The position numbers and the translations under genes are program-made. Positions 36,617 to 50,322 of a stretch of DNA of 64,000 bases are shown here, in pieces. Location of the stretch: assembly GCF_001194135.2 (NCBI RefSeq), contig NC_068982.1:92372530-92436529 (forward strand). Direction: 5' to 3'. The stretch is from Octopus bimaculoides. Taxonomy: Eukaryota. How positions within the stretch are numbered: position 1 is the first letter of the stretch; each line of letters begins with the position of its first letter. The notes beneath the pieces are model-generated. The model saw only the letters and a list, made by a program, of their open reading frames with translations, was not told the origin of the DNA and made no database searches.

Positions 36617-38919
36617 ACTGACATGGTCCTCCAACTTAAGAATGGCAGTAACTCTGAATAAGAACTGACTTGGACTGTGGCAATGCATTCAACCTATGTT
36701 AGCTTTGAAGGCAAATGAAAATTATGTTGATAGTGATGGTATACATATATTTTTTTACTCAAAGAGGCAGTACCTATTTACTTTAGACTGTCCCAGGCTG
36801 GTGAGGTTGATGTAGTGGAGTTTCAGCTTCATTTTCTGTAGGTTGACATCTTGTAGTAACAAGCCACAAAAGGAGTCCTCAGGTGGTTGCTTAACCTACA
36901 AGAAATAATCAAATTTCCACAAATAATAGTACAATAATGTTCAAAAATAGTACATTAAATAATGTAATCTTAGACATACAATATCTGAAAAAGAAAAGCT
37001 GGAATAGTCATAGCTAGAATTTAACCTGGGATTAAACAAGTCTTTCTATGGAAGAAATTCCATTAGCTCTGGTATAAACACTATGAAGGAAGTAGGCAAA
37101 ATATATAAGTGAAAGGCTTGGGTAGGATTATGACAACAAGGAGAGGGGAATGCAAGTTCAGAGAAGCATACATCATAGTAGTAGTTATTAAAAGATAGAG
37201 AAAAAAAATATGTCAATGAGCTAGTGGTTATGTGTACAAGTCTGTCAATCTGCAGGAACATCTTTTTTTTAGACGCAGATGTTTGTTTGTCCTGGTAGGT
37301 AGATTGCACTTTAGTTTTGTAGTGGGTCAGCAGCTTATCAGCTCTGAGGAATGTTTTGGCTTTAAGAGATAGGAGGGTATTGATAGATTAGAAATTGCAG
37401 ATAGTTAGGTTGAAGTATTTGTAATGTTTTTGAAAAGTGGAGTGTTGCTCACATTTAGGGAGAATACAGAGGAAGACTTAATTGAAATGTATAGGGATTA
37501 TACTTTTGTTTCATTGGAGACTAGATTATCATGACTATTAGATGGCATTTTGAGGTTTTTGACATATAAGAACATTTAGTTGTTCAGTTAGTTTAATGAC
37601 ATACTGAGTGAATTAACATGCAAAGTGGTTGAGGATTACACAGATCTATGAATTTCTTTAATTCATGTAGAATCAGCATGATGCAATGTTGCAAAGCCAA
37701 ACCTTTGAATTACCGATAGAGTCCACTTTGCCAGTTTCTACTCAGTTTCTGTTTACTTAATTTCACTTGCCAGGCTTGGTTTGACAGACTGTGGTAAAGA
37801 AATTTTTTCGATGTCTTACTGTGAGATAGGATGACTGCAAAGTGAACTTCTTAGATAGACAGACAGATGTGTGTGTGTTCTTGTAGGTGTACACACACAC
37901 ATTTTAGGACATTAAATAATGTAATCCTACATACCCATAAACAGATTGGATGGTCATGGTTGGAATGCTTTTGATCAAAAGTCTCTTCACCCAGGATTGA
38001 GCTGGGGCTAAACCTGTAAACGAGGACTGTCTTAATTACTTCTATGAAGATTCTCTTGTTGAGTTGTTTGAAGAGATTAGTGGTATAGATTTTCTTCATA
38101 TTGAGAATCTTCTAGGCAAGGCTCCTATGCATCTTTCTTTACTATGCTTTATTGAAAAAAGGAATGCATTTGAAACCAAATTAACAGTTTAAGCATAGCT
38201 GGCAGAGTGAACAAGATTTTTTTTTTTTTTAAAGTTGACTAGCTACTTTCATGTAAAAAGGTTTGCTTAAACCATACTGACTCGTACCAAACAACAGTTT
38301 CAGGACAACCATGAAGTAGCTGTAAATAAAGCAATTTTTTTTATTACCAGTTCTTTTTCAATAAAAAGAATTTTGACTGCTAAAACGTGCCATTTAAAAT
38401 GTATTACAATCAAAAATTATTGTATTGTTTATTGCTACTTTTTATATTTTTATGTTTATTGAAAATTCTTTTTTTTAAATTTTTAATATTGCTTGTTTTC
38501 TATGTATTTATATTATTGAAGGTAGTTTGAACACCATTTGTAAAATAAAGCAATGTATTTGGTTATTTTCTTTGAAATAATTAGCTGTTGGGTTTAGGTT
38601 TGAGTTCTTACAGGGATGTCATTCCTTTCAGCAGTCATAATAGTTAATTGAAACCAGCCCATGAGACTGGTTTTTGAAATGTTATATTGATGTAACAAAT
38701 CTTCTCTTCCAATCTTGGTGGTATACCTTTCCAGGAAAAGTTATTTGTGATAGAATAAATGAAGTAAGTAGTTGATTTTCCTCAGAGAAACTACACCTGT
38801 TTTGAAATACAAGCTTGTAATACAGGAGCTAGTAATACCACATTTTATTGTTCACCTTGACTCCATATCATTTAGGTTAGGTCTGCCTATATGTGACTGA
38901 GATTACAACACTTCCCTCC

Positions 38920-39110
38920 CTCCTCACTGAATGTGACACTGGTCTGTCACAAGGTTAACTTCCCAACTATTGCTGGAACTCATTATACAGCTGAGTGGAT
39001 GGGAGTATTGTGAAATGAAGTGTTTTACTCTAGAACACAATGTAATACTGCCTGGTCCAGGAATCAAAATTATGATCATGAGTGCAACCTCCTAGCCACT
39101 AAGGTCATGT
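38920..39110 (-). mobile_element. SINE family B-like fragment
   Basis: Similar to 18630-18785 (gaaatgaagtgtttt..., gagtgcaac.cctagccact). Confidence 0.5.
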
Positions 39111-40119
39111 ATATTCACTTCTGGTAATTACTTTCCTATAAAACCACATATTAGTAACAAAGCAAAACTAAATTTTAGGAATAATGTCATTAACCATTGT
39201 TTCCATACAAGAAAATTGTGTTGTGTTATCAGTTTCATTTATGAAACAATTTTTACATGGTATCCAGTGGTGCATAGCAGTAAGTATAATAATTCTGTGT
39301 AGAAAAAAAATTGTGTGTGATGAGAAAAAATATATTGATATCAGACACCTTGAGTTAAAAAGATGTGTGAGAAAACACCATAAAACTTTGATGTTAATGA
39401 AAAAAATTGAGGAAGGAAAAAGGTATAAAGAAGCAAGTTGAAATTTTGATCCTGTTAGAATTTTTCCACTGACAAAATAGAGTAGTAATATGAAAACAGG
39501 CATCTAATATTTTGTTGAACTATCAGGAATTACATTTTTCAATAAGGTTTTTCAAAAACATCTGGATATTTGAGGAGTGTGGGCTGTTACTACAGTAAGT
39601 TCTGACAGACAATCCCCATTACTTGTTCAAGCATCCAGACACTACTACAGCTCCTGCTTAGTCTATACAAATATAAATCACATTCACTCGTGAATGGTAG
39701 CAGCATCTATAACCTCATCAACTCCGGACATAGTGCTGAAGTGTGTTAAGTTTAAAGAAACAGAAACTATCATGCGCCTACCAAATCCACTTTGCTCTGG
39801 CCAACACCAGAATCTAAAGGCATACATGAACAGACTGGGCAGTGAAAAAAATACTACAGATTTAGATTATCATATTGCATTCTTTGTATCATTCGCCCAT
39901 GGCAGTGGGTGAATATATTGTCAACTTTTAGTTACTTGTGAGCACTTCTAGGCTTCATCACTAATTCAGTCCTCAACCAAATTGGATGTGTTTTTTTGTA
40001 GCATTGATGGTCCAAGATACATTTTGAGATAAAATTGTTGAAATTTAGTTCATTAAAAAAAAAAGTTAGATCAAAATATGTGAGGTCAAAAATAGGAGAG
40101 TAAGGCAAAAAATTAACTT

Positions 40120-41170
40120 TGAATCAAATATCTGTTATTTTAGAAGAAAAGTATAGATTAATTAGGTTTAAAAGAATGTGCTCAATGAGAAGAATCTTTT
40201 GGTGACACTCTTGTTAAAAAAGTATTAGTAACGAAAAATGTAGTGTGGCTTTAAGTAATGATCAAAAATGGTAAGTAACCCCCAAAATTTATTTTGAATC
40301 AAAATATCTGTTATTCTAAAAGAAAACTACATAATAGTTGTATTGAAATGAAAGAGCGCTACAGGATGAATCTTATTGTGAAAACTTCGTCAAAAAATAT
40401 TTGCTACAAAGAGAGGTGTGGCTTTAAGTGACGAAAAAAATGATCATTTTAAATTAAAATATTTTTTGTCATTTTAAGATATTTAGTGCTATAAAAGGTA
40501 GTATCTGATGTTATGGGTCTCTTAGCTTAATGGTACAGAATACTTAACCAGAGTTTGAGAGGTACAAAAAAAAAAAAAAAGAGGCGGCGAGCTGGCAGAA
40601 ACGTTAGCACGCCGGGAGAAATGCTTAGTGGTATTTCGTCTGCCGCTACGTTCTGAGTTTAAATTCCGCCGAGGTCGACTTCGCCTTTCATNNNNNNNNN
40701 NCTGAGTTTAAATTCCGCCGAGGTCGACTTCGCCTTTCATCCTTTCAGGGTCAATAAAATAAGTACCAGTTATGCACTGGCATCGATATATTCGACTTAA
40801 TCCGTTTGTCTGTCCTTGTTTGTCCCCTCTGTGTGTAGCCCCTTGTGGGTAGTAAAGAAATGACTCTGTAGCGGCTTGCTAGCTATTTTTTTCTGTTTTT
40901 AAGTGTATTTAACCAGTCTTCTAAGCTGTTTTGGCAGCTATTCTGCATTTTGATAGAAAGAGCTTTATGAGAAGAATCTTGTGGTGAAAACCTTATCAAA
41001 AAATATTAGCTGCAAAAAGGGTTGTGTGGCTTTAAATGATGAAAAAAGGTGATAATTTTAAGAAATCAAAATATTTTTGTCTTTTTAAGAGAAAAATGAT
41101 ATTTGAACTCAAATGAAAGAGTTCAAGACAAATATTTTGGAGAAAACTTCATCTAAAAATATGAAGCATA
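40120..41170. repeat. degenerate ~175-bp units (3-4 copies) interrupted by a SINE
   Basis: Recurrent gaagaatct..gtga.a.ct...aaaaaa.att...gtgtggcttta..tga..aaaaa near 40190-40265, 40365-40440 and 40970-41050. Confidence 0.65.
40581..40860 (+). mobile_element. young tRNA-derived SINE (family C)
   Basis: ggcgagctggcagaaacgttag A-box, gagtttaaattcc B-box, CpGs retained; decayed copies near 14240-14420, 44170-44400 and 46720-46860. Confidence 0.8.
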
Positions 41171-42277
41171 AAAGAAGCTACAATTTTTTTGCAGTTTCAT
41201 ATTTTTATGATTCTGCTTATGTATTAAAATATGTACATTTTAAAAACATATTTTAAAAAAATGCTCATTACAAAAACTAATTATTATTTAATTAGAATAT
41301 AACATTATTTTATAATAAAAATTGTTTAAAAATATATTCATTTGTAGCAGATATGCTGCTATTAATCCTTTGTTATTTGTAGGTGCAAGCAAAATTTCTA
41401 AGTTGAACAAAATCTGTATTTAAAAAATATTTACAATATTTTCAATTCTAAAGGTAACTATAATTAATTATAATAAAAGATGTGTTGCCTGGTAAAAAAT
41501 GTAGAACCAGAATCCTAGAATATTCTTAAGTATTGAACCTGGAAAAGTACAGAACAAGAAGGCAAAAAAAACAAACTTAAAATATTGCTGCTTAAGTTAG
41601 AATTTGTTAAGTAAATTTCTGAAATTGTTCATCAAATAGTGTGTGCACTGGGTTTTTTTTATAGTTTTTACTTTTTATTGCAATTTTTAAAACATTCAGG
41701 TTATCAATTTTGATTTTAAAATTTCTTTGTATTAAGCTAAAACATTTGTCTTATTTTTAGTATTATATATTTTGATTTTCTTGAAACTCATTATCCAAAA
41801 ATTTATAGAATATATGTAGAATACATATAAATTTGTAGAATATATGTAATTCAAAGGAGTAAAAAATAGTAAATAAATAAGAAACAAAAGAATTAATTTG
41901 CATTTTCTATCAGTTTATAAATTTACATTATCAGATAACAAAGTATTTTCTATTCACAATTAGAAAAATGTTTGAAATAAATGAAAGCTAATGAACAAAT
42001 TGAGTGCAAAATGTAGAAATGACTAGTTTATTTTTTAAAAATATAGGAGTTATAATTGTCAATTTTGCTTAAATTGCTATTATGTGAATTTTTAAATATA
42101 TCAATTTGTAATATCAGATTTTTAATGTGTAAACTTGCAGGCAATTGGTCTTTTCAATAAATTTGAAATTAAATAGCTTCTTGAATATTTTAATTTAAAC
42201 TTTTAAGTAAAAATAAAAGAATATTAAAGGGCATTTATTACTATTTTAGTTTTTTAAAATTCTAACTTCAGCAATAT

Positions 42278-42850
42278 TTACCCTGTGAGTGTAAGCAAAA
42301 GCAGGGTATTGTAATCATTCATCTTTGTCTGTTTGTCTGCAAAGTTATTGGAAAACGGCTGAATGGATTTTCACCAAATTTGGCAGTAATATTCATTGGC
42401 TTCAAATGATGAAAATTTGGTTTATCTTCAAACATACATAAATACACACATAGATATGCAACTGTGTGTGTGCATGCATGTGTGTATATACAGTGATGGA
42501 TTTGAGGGGTTCATTTATTTATGAATTAATTTCTTAATTCCACTGGAGTATAAATACCTATAATGGTGATAGTTAAAAAAAAATTTTTTTTTTTAAAATC
42601 GAACTTACAAATTTCCCGATAAGCAAGTGGTCATATTATTTATATCCTACAATGAACTACAGTACATTTGATTCACCTGCCATCATTGAAAGACATTGCT
42701 ATGCAACATTTTCTAGAAGTATTTCATTATGTTCACTTTCTTTTTCATATGAATTGAACCTCGTCTGTGTGTGTATAGATATGGTGTACCTATGCACGTA
42801 GACACGTGTGGGTACATGCATACATGCATAAATACATACATAGATATGCG

Positions 42851-42887
<37 letters not shown>

Positions 42888-43092
42888 AGTGATGGTTTTG
42901 AGGGTTTCCTTTATTTATGAGTTGATTTCTTAATCTCACTGTTTTTAGGCTTCTAATCCTCTGTTAATCAAACACTTATAAAGCTTAATTTAGTTCAATC
43001 AAAAAGCATGGGTAAGCAACGTATTGTAAGCTATACTATGATTTGCGAAAAAATTTCTCTGCACACAGGGTATGCATTGCCCCTCCAATGCC
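42278..43092 (+). mobile_element. Helentron-associated (HINE/DINE-1-like) element
   Basis: 5' subTIR taccctgtg with nearby partner gcagggtat, tgtctg microsatellite, ggaaaacggctgaatggattttcaccaaatttgg core, 3' subTIR cacagggta (43064-43072), stem-loop gcattg/caatgc (43074-43091), then a T-run. Confidence 0.7.
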
Positions 43093-46000
43093 TTTTTTTC
43101 ATTTAAGTTTTCTTTTCTTCTTCTTCTGTACATTCCCAGGCTTAATTACTGCTTGTTCTGTACTTTTCCAGGTTCAATACTTAGGAATATTCTAGGATTC
43201 TGCACCACATTTTTCATTCTAGTATTGTATGGTTCTTGACTAGGCTGAGACATGTATATTTGCTCTACTAGATCTGTGGAATGCCTACATGTCATAGCTT
43301 TGCTCATAAGGACTTTTTCCTTTATTTAAAATGATCAATTTAATGGTCTCATTTGATATTTTGCATTTGAAATTTCTGAAGTAAAATTTTAAAACACCTT
43401 CAGAGAAAGAATGGTGCAGTACAACTGGAAATTGTTTGGGTAGTTTGATTTGCAATCATGGTTTTGGGTTCACTCTTATTGTGCAGCACCTTGGGCAGGT
43501 GTCTTCTATTGCAATCTTGAGTTGATGAATTTTTTTGGGTGGGGTAAAATTTAGGAATCAGAAACTGTGCAGAAGATTGTCATGTGCGTGTTCGTGTGTG
43601 TATCAAAAAGAAATTATCAGTAATTAGGTGCATTGGTAAGAAAAAAAACAAACAAATATAGCCTTTTCAGCATTTTATCCTGCACTGACATTAAAAGTTG
43701 TTGGCCAGGTCTAAAAATTTTTCTCTATCTTATATCAATTTATACTTGGTGTTGTTACTACTCTGGATGGTTTACCTTCACTGTGGCTTGCAGGAACTTA
43801 TAATAAGCATGTAGATGAAATACAGATGCAAACTTAAATTAAATGTGAGGGCATGTAGTTACACTATCTTATCTAAAACCTATCTAAACATTGGCAAAAT
43901 GGGCCGTCTTATTTTTGGCAAACATTTCTTGTTTTTAATTATAATTGATAAAATCTTTTGCTTTCATTATAAATTTGGATTTGGCAGAATGAGCCTGATT
44001 AACAAATCATTGCTATTTGTGTCACACACACTCACTCTCTCTCACTCTCTCTATCTCTCTCTCTCTCTCTCAATCTCTCTCTCTCTCTCAATGCACATGA
44101 CCCTAGATAGTATACTTTTAGTTTATCTAAACAATATATTTAATCACTGAGAATGTACAGTGATTCAACAGGTAGTCAAATGGGAAGAAGGGTCCTCAAT
44201 TTGGCAGATAATTTTAGAGTCTTGGATAAAATACTTTGTGATATTGTTTTCAGCTATCTCTGCTCTAAGTTCAAATCCCATGGAGGTCAGCATTGCTGTT
44301 CACTCTCTTGGGGGTCAATAAATAAACTACTCATCCAGATTGGTGGAATTATAAGTGCATTGGATGAGGTGCTTTATGGTATGCGTTTCAGCTCTTTACA
44401 TTCTGATAGCAACATTAGTGGGATGGAGAAGGAAAACTTTCTGCATGGGCAGTTGCTAGTCTTACATAAATCTTGTCCAGGCATTCACCTTGAAGACCTT
44501 TCCAGGTACATATTGCATGAAGCTTGACTTACCGAAGACTTCATACATGTATATCTGTCCTTGAGCCCACAATTTCTGATGGAATTGTTAGAGGCAGCAT
44601 TGCTACATATAGAGAAGACCATTTTCCTGATCTCAACAGAACTGATGTTTTCATGAGAGAGGAAGACAAAGAATTGACTCCAGTACCAAGACTGATATTT
44701 TATTAACATAGAAAGGTTGAAAGGCAAAGCTTATATTGGTAGTATTTGAAATTAGAGTGCAGAATGTATACTGCAAGCTATTTTATCTGACACTTTAAAG
44801 ACTATGCCAATTCAGTGCCTTATATGGTAGTGAATATGGATATATATTAGAGAATGTACTTCCTTTTACACAAAAATGACAGACAGTTATGGTTAGAAAG
44901 CTTTCATCATTGGGCTGCACAATCATGGCTGATCTGGGGCTGAATAACAACTGTAAATGCTTCCAGCTGAAGGTTGTCATGGTTTGAGTCCTTATTTGGA
45001 ATTATTCCCTTTTAAGAATAGTCAGGAGACTTTGTCCTGCTCTTCCTAGTGCCAGTCACTTCGCAGAGTGTAATGGGTATACCAACATTAATGATGTTAC
45101 CTTGTACCTTGAAAGACAGAAGGGGTCTTCACTACTCTGCACCATCTCCATCTATTCAGGACTCAAGTGACTAACAGATTAGGTAAGAGAGAGTGATTGG
45201 TGAAGATGAACTAGATAGAGGCGGGGGATAGAGTAATTAGGTGTTAGTGTGGAAGAAGAGTGAGAAATGAGAGAGACAGTGGCGGAGGAATAATGAGGTA
45301 GTAAAGGCTCTGTAATAAAAAAATTTTTTTAAATGCAATAATGGTATAGGGGAATGAGGAGGAGGAGAGAGAGAGAGATTGACAGACAGCAAGAACAAAA
45401 TGGCATTACAACTCTCTCTCTCTCTCTAATAAGCATATGTATATACACATGAGTTTGTTTATATAATTAGTTTTATGATTTAATCACATTTGCAAATGTT
45501 CTGGTTTTGTTAGACATCCTCAAGATCAGTTTCATAATATTAATATTCCTGGAAATTATATGATGATGATGATAAAAAATATCTATTACATAAGCTTGAA
45601 GATAAATAGATGTCTTGAGAGTAATATGGAAACCTGCTTTAAAGGAAATAATACTTGCAAGCTAAATATTAGATATACTTAACTGAAAAGGAATAGTCAG
45701 CTATTGGCCAAAGTTTAAGCTCAGTTGCATGAAGTATTCAGTGCATACATATGAAAGGTTATTTCTTCAGTAAGAAATATATTATTTTAAATACTGAGTT
45801 CACCTGTACTCAAATGACATTGGAAACAAAGAATCTTGACACTCTCTCTATTAGGATCTGTTAAAACTTATGAGTGGAAGAAGGAGCATCCACTGTATGG
45901 GTTCAATAGGAGAGTAATGGTAGAGTATAGAGTTAGTGATTCAGGACAAGAAGTCTGCTAGTCCTTTACAGATAGATGAAATGCTGAAAGCATTGGTCTT

Positions 46001-47401
46001 AGTTTAATCAGTTTATGCAGAAAGATGTTAACTCTAGTGAATGATATAATAGAATCTTCTGTAGTCAGCTCCTTCAAAGTTAAGCTGAAGTGCTTTAAAG
46101 AACTAAAATTATAAGGGCTTCGAGTTAATAGATTTGATAGCTATAATGTTAGTGTAGGTATGAGTTTGTTGTATTGAGACACAACCATATTTGTTAGAAT
46201 TCAAATTGTAGCAGGACATGATAAATATTCTAGTTTGCATTTGTTGGTCAAGAGAACTTATTTCAGGTTTCATGCATTTTGGTTCAGAGAACAGTGAGTA
46301 GGCTTGGTGTAGAGAAATGACTTTAGAAAGGAAAGTGCTATAAAAGCCAAGTTCAGCAACGAACTTGGTGAGAAATTTAGCCACAAGAACTTTGTCAGTT
46401 CTCTCTAGAAACTTTAAAGCAATCTAACTAGAAATAAACCTTTGAGTATGGTTTTATTCTAATGACCTAGTTCTCATTATTAAATATTTTGAAGGTATGT
46501 AGCAACAGGTTGAAAATAAATGTAATAGAAACAAATTTGCTAATTTGGACATGTAATACAAATTATGTGAAAAGTTACCCTAACTTTAAAATTTAAATTG
46601 TTCTGCTTGTTCCTTTGAATGTCAGTGATGTAAGTAAAATGGTTTCAGGTGGAAACCAAAGATTAGTTTGTCAAGAATTTATGGCAACATCTTGCCACAT
46701 ACAGTAGCAAAAATAATAATAATTTCAAATTTTGACTCAAGTCGGGCAATTTCAGAGAGGTGGGTTAGTTGATTACATTAACCTCAGTGTTCAACTGGTA
46801 CTTCCTAGCATATGCACAAACCTCAAGTTTTATGAAAAGGAATAGTTGATTATATTAATTTCTGTGCATGCTTAGTATTTGTCATCTTTGACAAGATTTG
46901 AACCTAGAACATAAAGGGGTGTAGCCAAATACTGTAAGGCATTTTGTTGCTCTGATTCTGTCAATCCAATACCTTAATACTTTCTAATTTAGGCATCAGG
47001 AGTGGACTGAAATCTATTAAATCTAGTATTTATTTGACTTGTACTGTTATCAAATTCTAGAAAGGCAAAACAAGCACAAGACCACTTTTGTAGGGAATTG
47101 AATAAATTTTTATATTCTACAAGTAACTGGGACTTATTTTACCAAATCATGTTAGTTAAAAACTTTTGGCTCTGAAAAGATTTGATTTTAGAACTATGTA
47201 AACCAGAGACAGTGTAGCATCTGGGAAGTCTACTGAATGGGTAAACTGCATTGCTCATATGGTAATAAGGAATATTAATTTTGTTTTAGAGATTAGATGA
47301 AATTTGATAAAATGAAAATATTTCATTCAAAATGTTTTGAATATCTAAACATATGCAAACATTGTTTTATGTTTTGATGTTCCTTTTTTAATGCAGCTAC
47401 T

Positions 47402-47460
47402 TTAACCCTTTAGCATTCAGATTACTCTGTCAAATGTAATGCTTTATTATTCACATTGTC
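47402..47460. mobile_element. truncated end of piggyBac-like MITE
   Basis: TTAACCCTTTAGCAT terminus as at 5926-5940; resembles the reverse complement of the 6100-6153 end. Confidence 0.6.
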
Positions 47461-49024
47461 TTTGATGTTTATTAAATATGACTTAACTGCTGTTAAATAA
47501 GAATAAAAAACTAATCAAAACCTATGATATAATGAAATGATATGGAAAGATTTGAGTGTATGACAAACATTAACTATATTCTACACAATTTTCTTGAGCA
47601 GTACTTTTTCTCCTCAGTAACGTTTATTGCTCTTGTGATACTTGTCCTGTTTTGCTTAAGCTTTAACCCTCAGAGGCTCAATAATGCATGCCAAAAGAAG
47701 AAGAAAAAGAAAAACTTTTTGATTATACTCACTTATATCTTTCTCTCCTTGCCATGTATTTCAACTTGGAGGAGAAAGGGAGGGTATTGCTAAAATTTGG
47801 GACCTCTATGATGATGAAAATGTAGGTTCATGTACTTGGGTAGTAGCTGTTATCAGTAATATTCAGACCACTCTCAGATTTTTAGTTATGTTCATTATCT
47901 TTGTGTTGATTCTGCAGCTGATTTATTTTGATTTTCTTGAAGTTTTCTGTTTTTTTCTTTTGTTTTGCACTTTGAGGAAAAAAAAATTTGAAACCAATCA
48001 TAATTTCTCCATACATTTTACTTCATTTTCATTTGTAGATCAAAATAAGAGTTCTTGAAGTCTCTGGTACCTAAAGAAGACATAAATACTCTTAATTGTT
48101 GTATTGCATTTTACTTTGCAAGTGAAACCACTCCACAAAAATATTCTTAGTTTACCAAGCATTATGTTTAATTTTTATCTTCTACTTCTTTGTTAATAAG
48201 AGTGGAATAGATTTTCAATATTCAATATTTCTGTATGATTTATAGAAGAATGCCTTGTAGCAGGACATTCTTTTCTACAACTAATCACTTGAAATGCACC
48301 TTACATAGAGACCTAATACGTTAACTATAAACAAGATTTTAACTGATTATTTCACAAATGTAGTGCAATACCTTAATTCTCATCTACTGCATCTTGATCA
48401 TTTATAATGAGAAATTTGCTGTATATGTTTAATATGTACAGGAGCTGAATGTAGAAGTGATACAACCATTTAGATATGGTATTGGGCTATCAGTCTATTG
48501 ATCATATAGTTCTTATCAACTGATGAATCTTCTTGTGACCCTAGGCAAGATACTTAAACTTTCATGCTTCAAGAGAATGCTACCCATGATAGATTGGTGG
48601 CCTATCCATAAACAAAATGTATTTCTTATTTGCTTAATGCTATTAAAATCAGAGCTGCGTATGAGTTTTATGAGATCATGCAACTCATTGAAACACTTTT
48701 TCTTTTCCAATGATTAACAATTTGAATATTTGTCATTCAACTAATATAATGGTATAATAAGTGTTTTGAATTGATATTATATTTTGGATATTTAGATTAT
48801 AAAATTTTGTATTTTTTTTTTATATCAAGGTTTGTTGTGTCATCTCTGCATTAAATTGAATATACTGACTAATAATCATATAGACACAAAATAGCTCTGA
48901 TAAATAAAAATAGATTGAGGTGACAAATTAATGTATGGAGCCTAGTAGGCAGTAACCTCACTCAACCAAGACCACTCAACCATACATGAGACAGTATCTC
49001 TGAATGGCTTCAGTATATTATTTA

Positions 49025-50011
49025 CTAGCTGAATAGCCCTTTGTTGCCAGGCAATTTTTACAATAGAATGTCATATATAAATTTTTGTTTACTCCATGTC
49101 AGACCATGCCTTCCCTGACAGATAGGCCTCTTGATCAGAACAGATTTGTACAATTTTTCACAAAAAAACTTTGTTGAGGATTTTTTCCTTTTTAAATTAT
49201 TTATATGTCTGTTCGACCATTTCACATGGCTTTATTCATTAAAACTTATTAAAACTTCAGAAGTTCTTACAATTTTGGTCGTTTGTTTAATAAAAATTCC
49301 TCCTTATAATGATTTTTCTGCAATAAATAAATAACAAAATCAGATTTAATGTGGAAAATTATTTCCACATACAAAATTTGAAAATTTTGACGTAATATTA
49401 AAATTTCAGTTTGACAGCAACAGGGAAGACCCTACAAAAGTAGAGAGATACAGTTATAGGACATCATACACGCACTTACACTTACAAATGTACACACAAG
49501 TAATCACAAGTTTAAAATGGTGTATAGTAGACATGTATGTATGTATGTACATAGTATGTATATATGTGTGTCTGTGTGTGTGTTTCTTTGTGATGGACAT
49601 CAGAAAATCCACCTACCCCATCTCTCCTTAAAGCTACATATTCCTCACACCCACCTTTCTTTCCATTCCTCAGCATTTTAAAAGTTATTTATGACAGCTG
49701 TATTAACATTACCATCCACTGCAACTCTGCTTACATAACACTGTTCTCCCCTTCCCTGATATCAGCTACACTCACTATGCTACCATATTTCCCTCACACT
49801 AACACTCTTTGCACCCTTATTTTATCAAATAATAGCCCAACCCCCTAGGTGGGGGGCATTATAGATTTTTATTGAAATCCAATTAGCCTATAATTGAATT
49901 GGATGTTAGTTTAACATGTATGCAAAGTTTCATCAAGATTAGTTCACTGGTGTAGGCAGCAAGATGGTAACAGACAGATTGACAGACAGAAATTGCCATT
50001 TATGTATATGA
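49025..50011 (-). mobile_element. non-autonomous Helitron-like element
   Basis: Minus 5' A|TCatatacataaatggcaatttctgtctgtc, aagtttcatcaagat motif on +, minus 3' gcctggcaacaaagggctattcagCTAG|T. Confidence 0.6.
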
Positions 50012-50280
50012 TTGTAGCTTAACCTTAGAAGACCAGTATATTTTGAATAAAATGATTAGAGAGAATGTCTCATGCACTTTTTATTTAAAAAATGTTTTGT
50101 TGCTGGTTTTGGTAATTGAACTGACATTGACCATGTTTGAATAGTGTTTCTAAGGGTTTTTTGTCAACCCTATTAATCCCTTAAGTTATACCAAAATAAG
50201 TGAAGTAAACTTTTGACATAAAGGGATGCAACTTGATACAGCATTTTGCATCATTTATGCTCACTCTCGTTCTCTCTCTT

Positions 50281-50322
<42 letters not shown>

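Noticed and set aside
39694-39912. Possible Tc1 transposase relic
   Set aside because: Only a vague resemblance; no catalytic motifs.
40652-40740. Tandem duplication of ~40 bp inside the SINE
   Set aside because: The copies flank a 10-N gap; most likely unmerged contig overlap.
17235-40860. tRNA genes
   Set aside because: The A/B boxes belong to SINE heads followed by SINE bodies; no cloverleaf found.
44153-44706. ORFs of 124 and 60 aa as host exons
   Set aside because: The first overlaps a decayed SINE; neither resembles CLEC16A or any protein I recognise.
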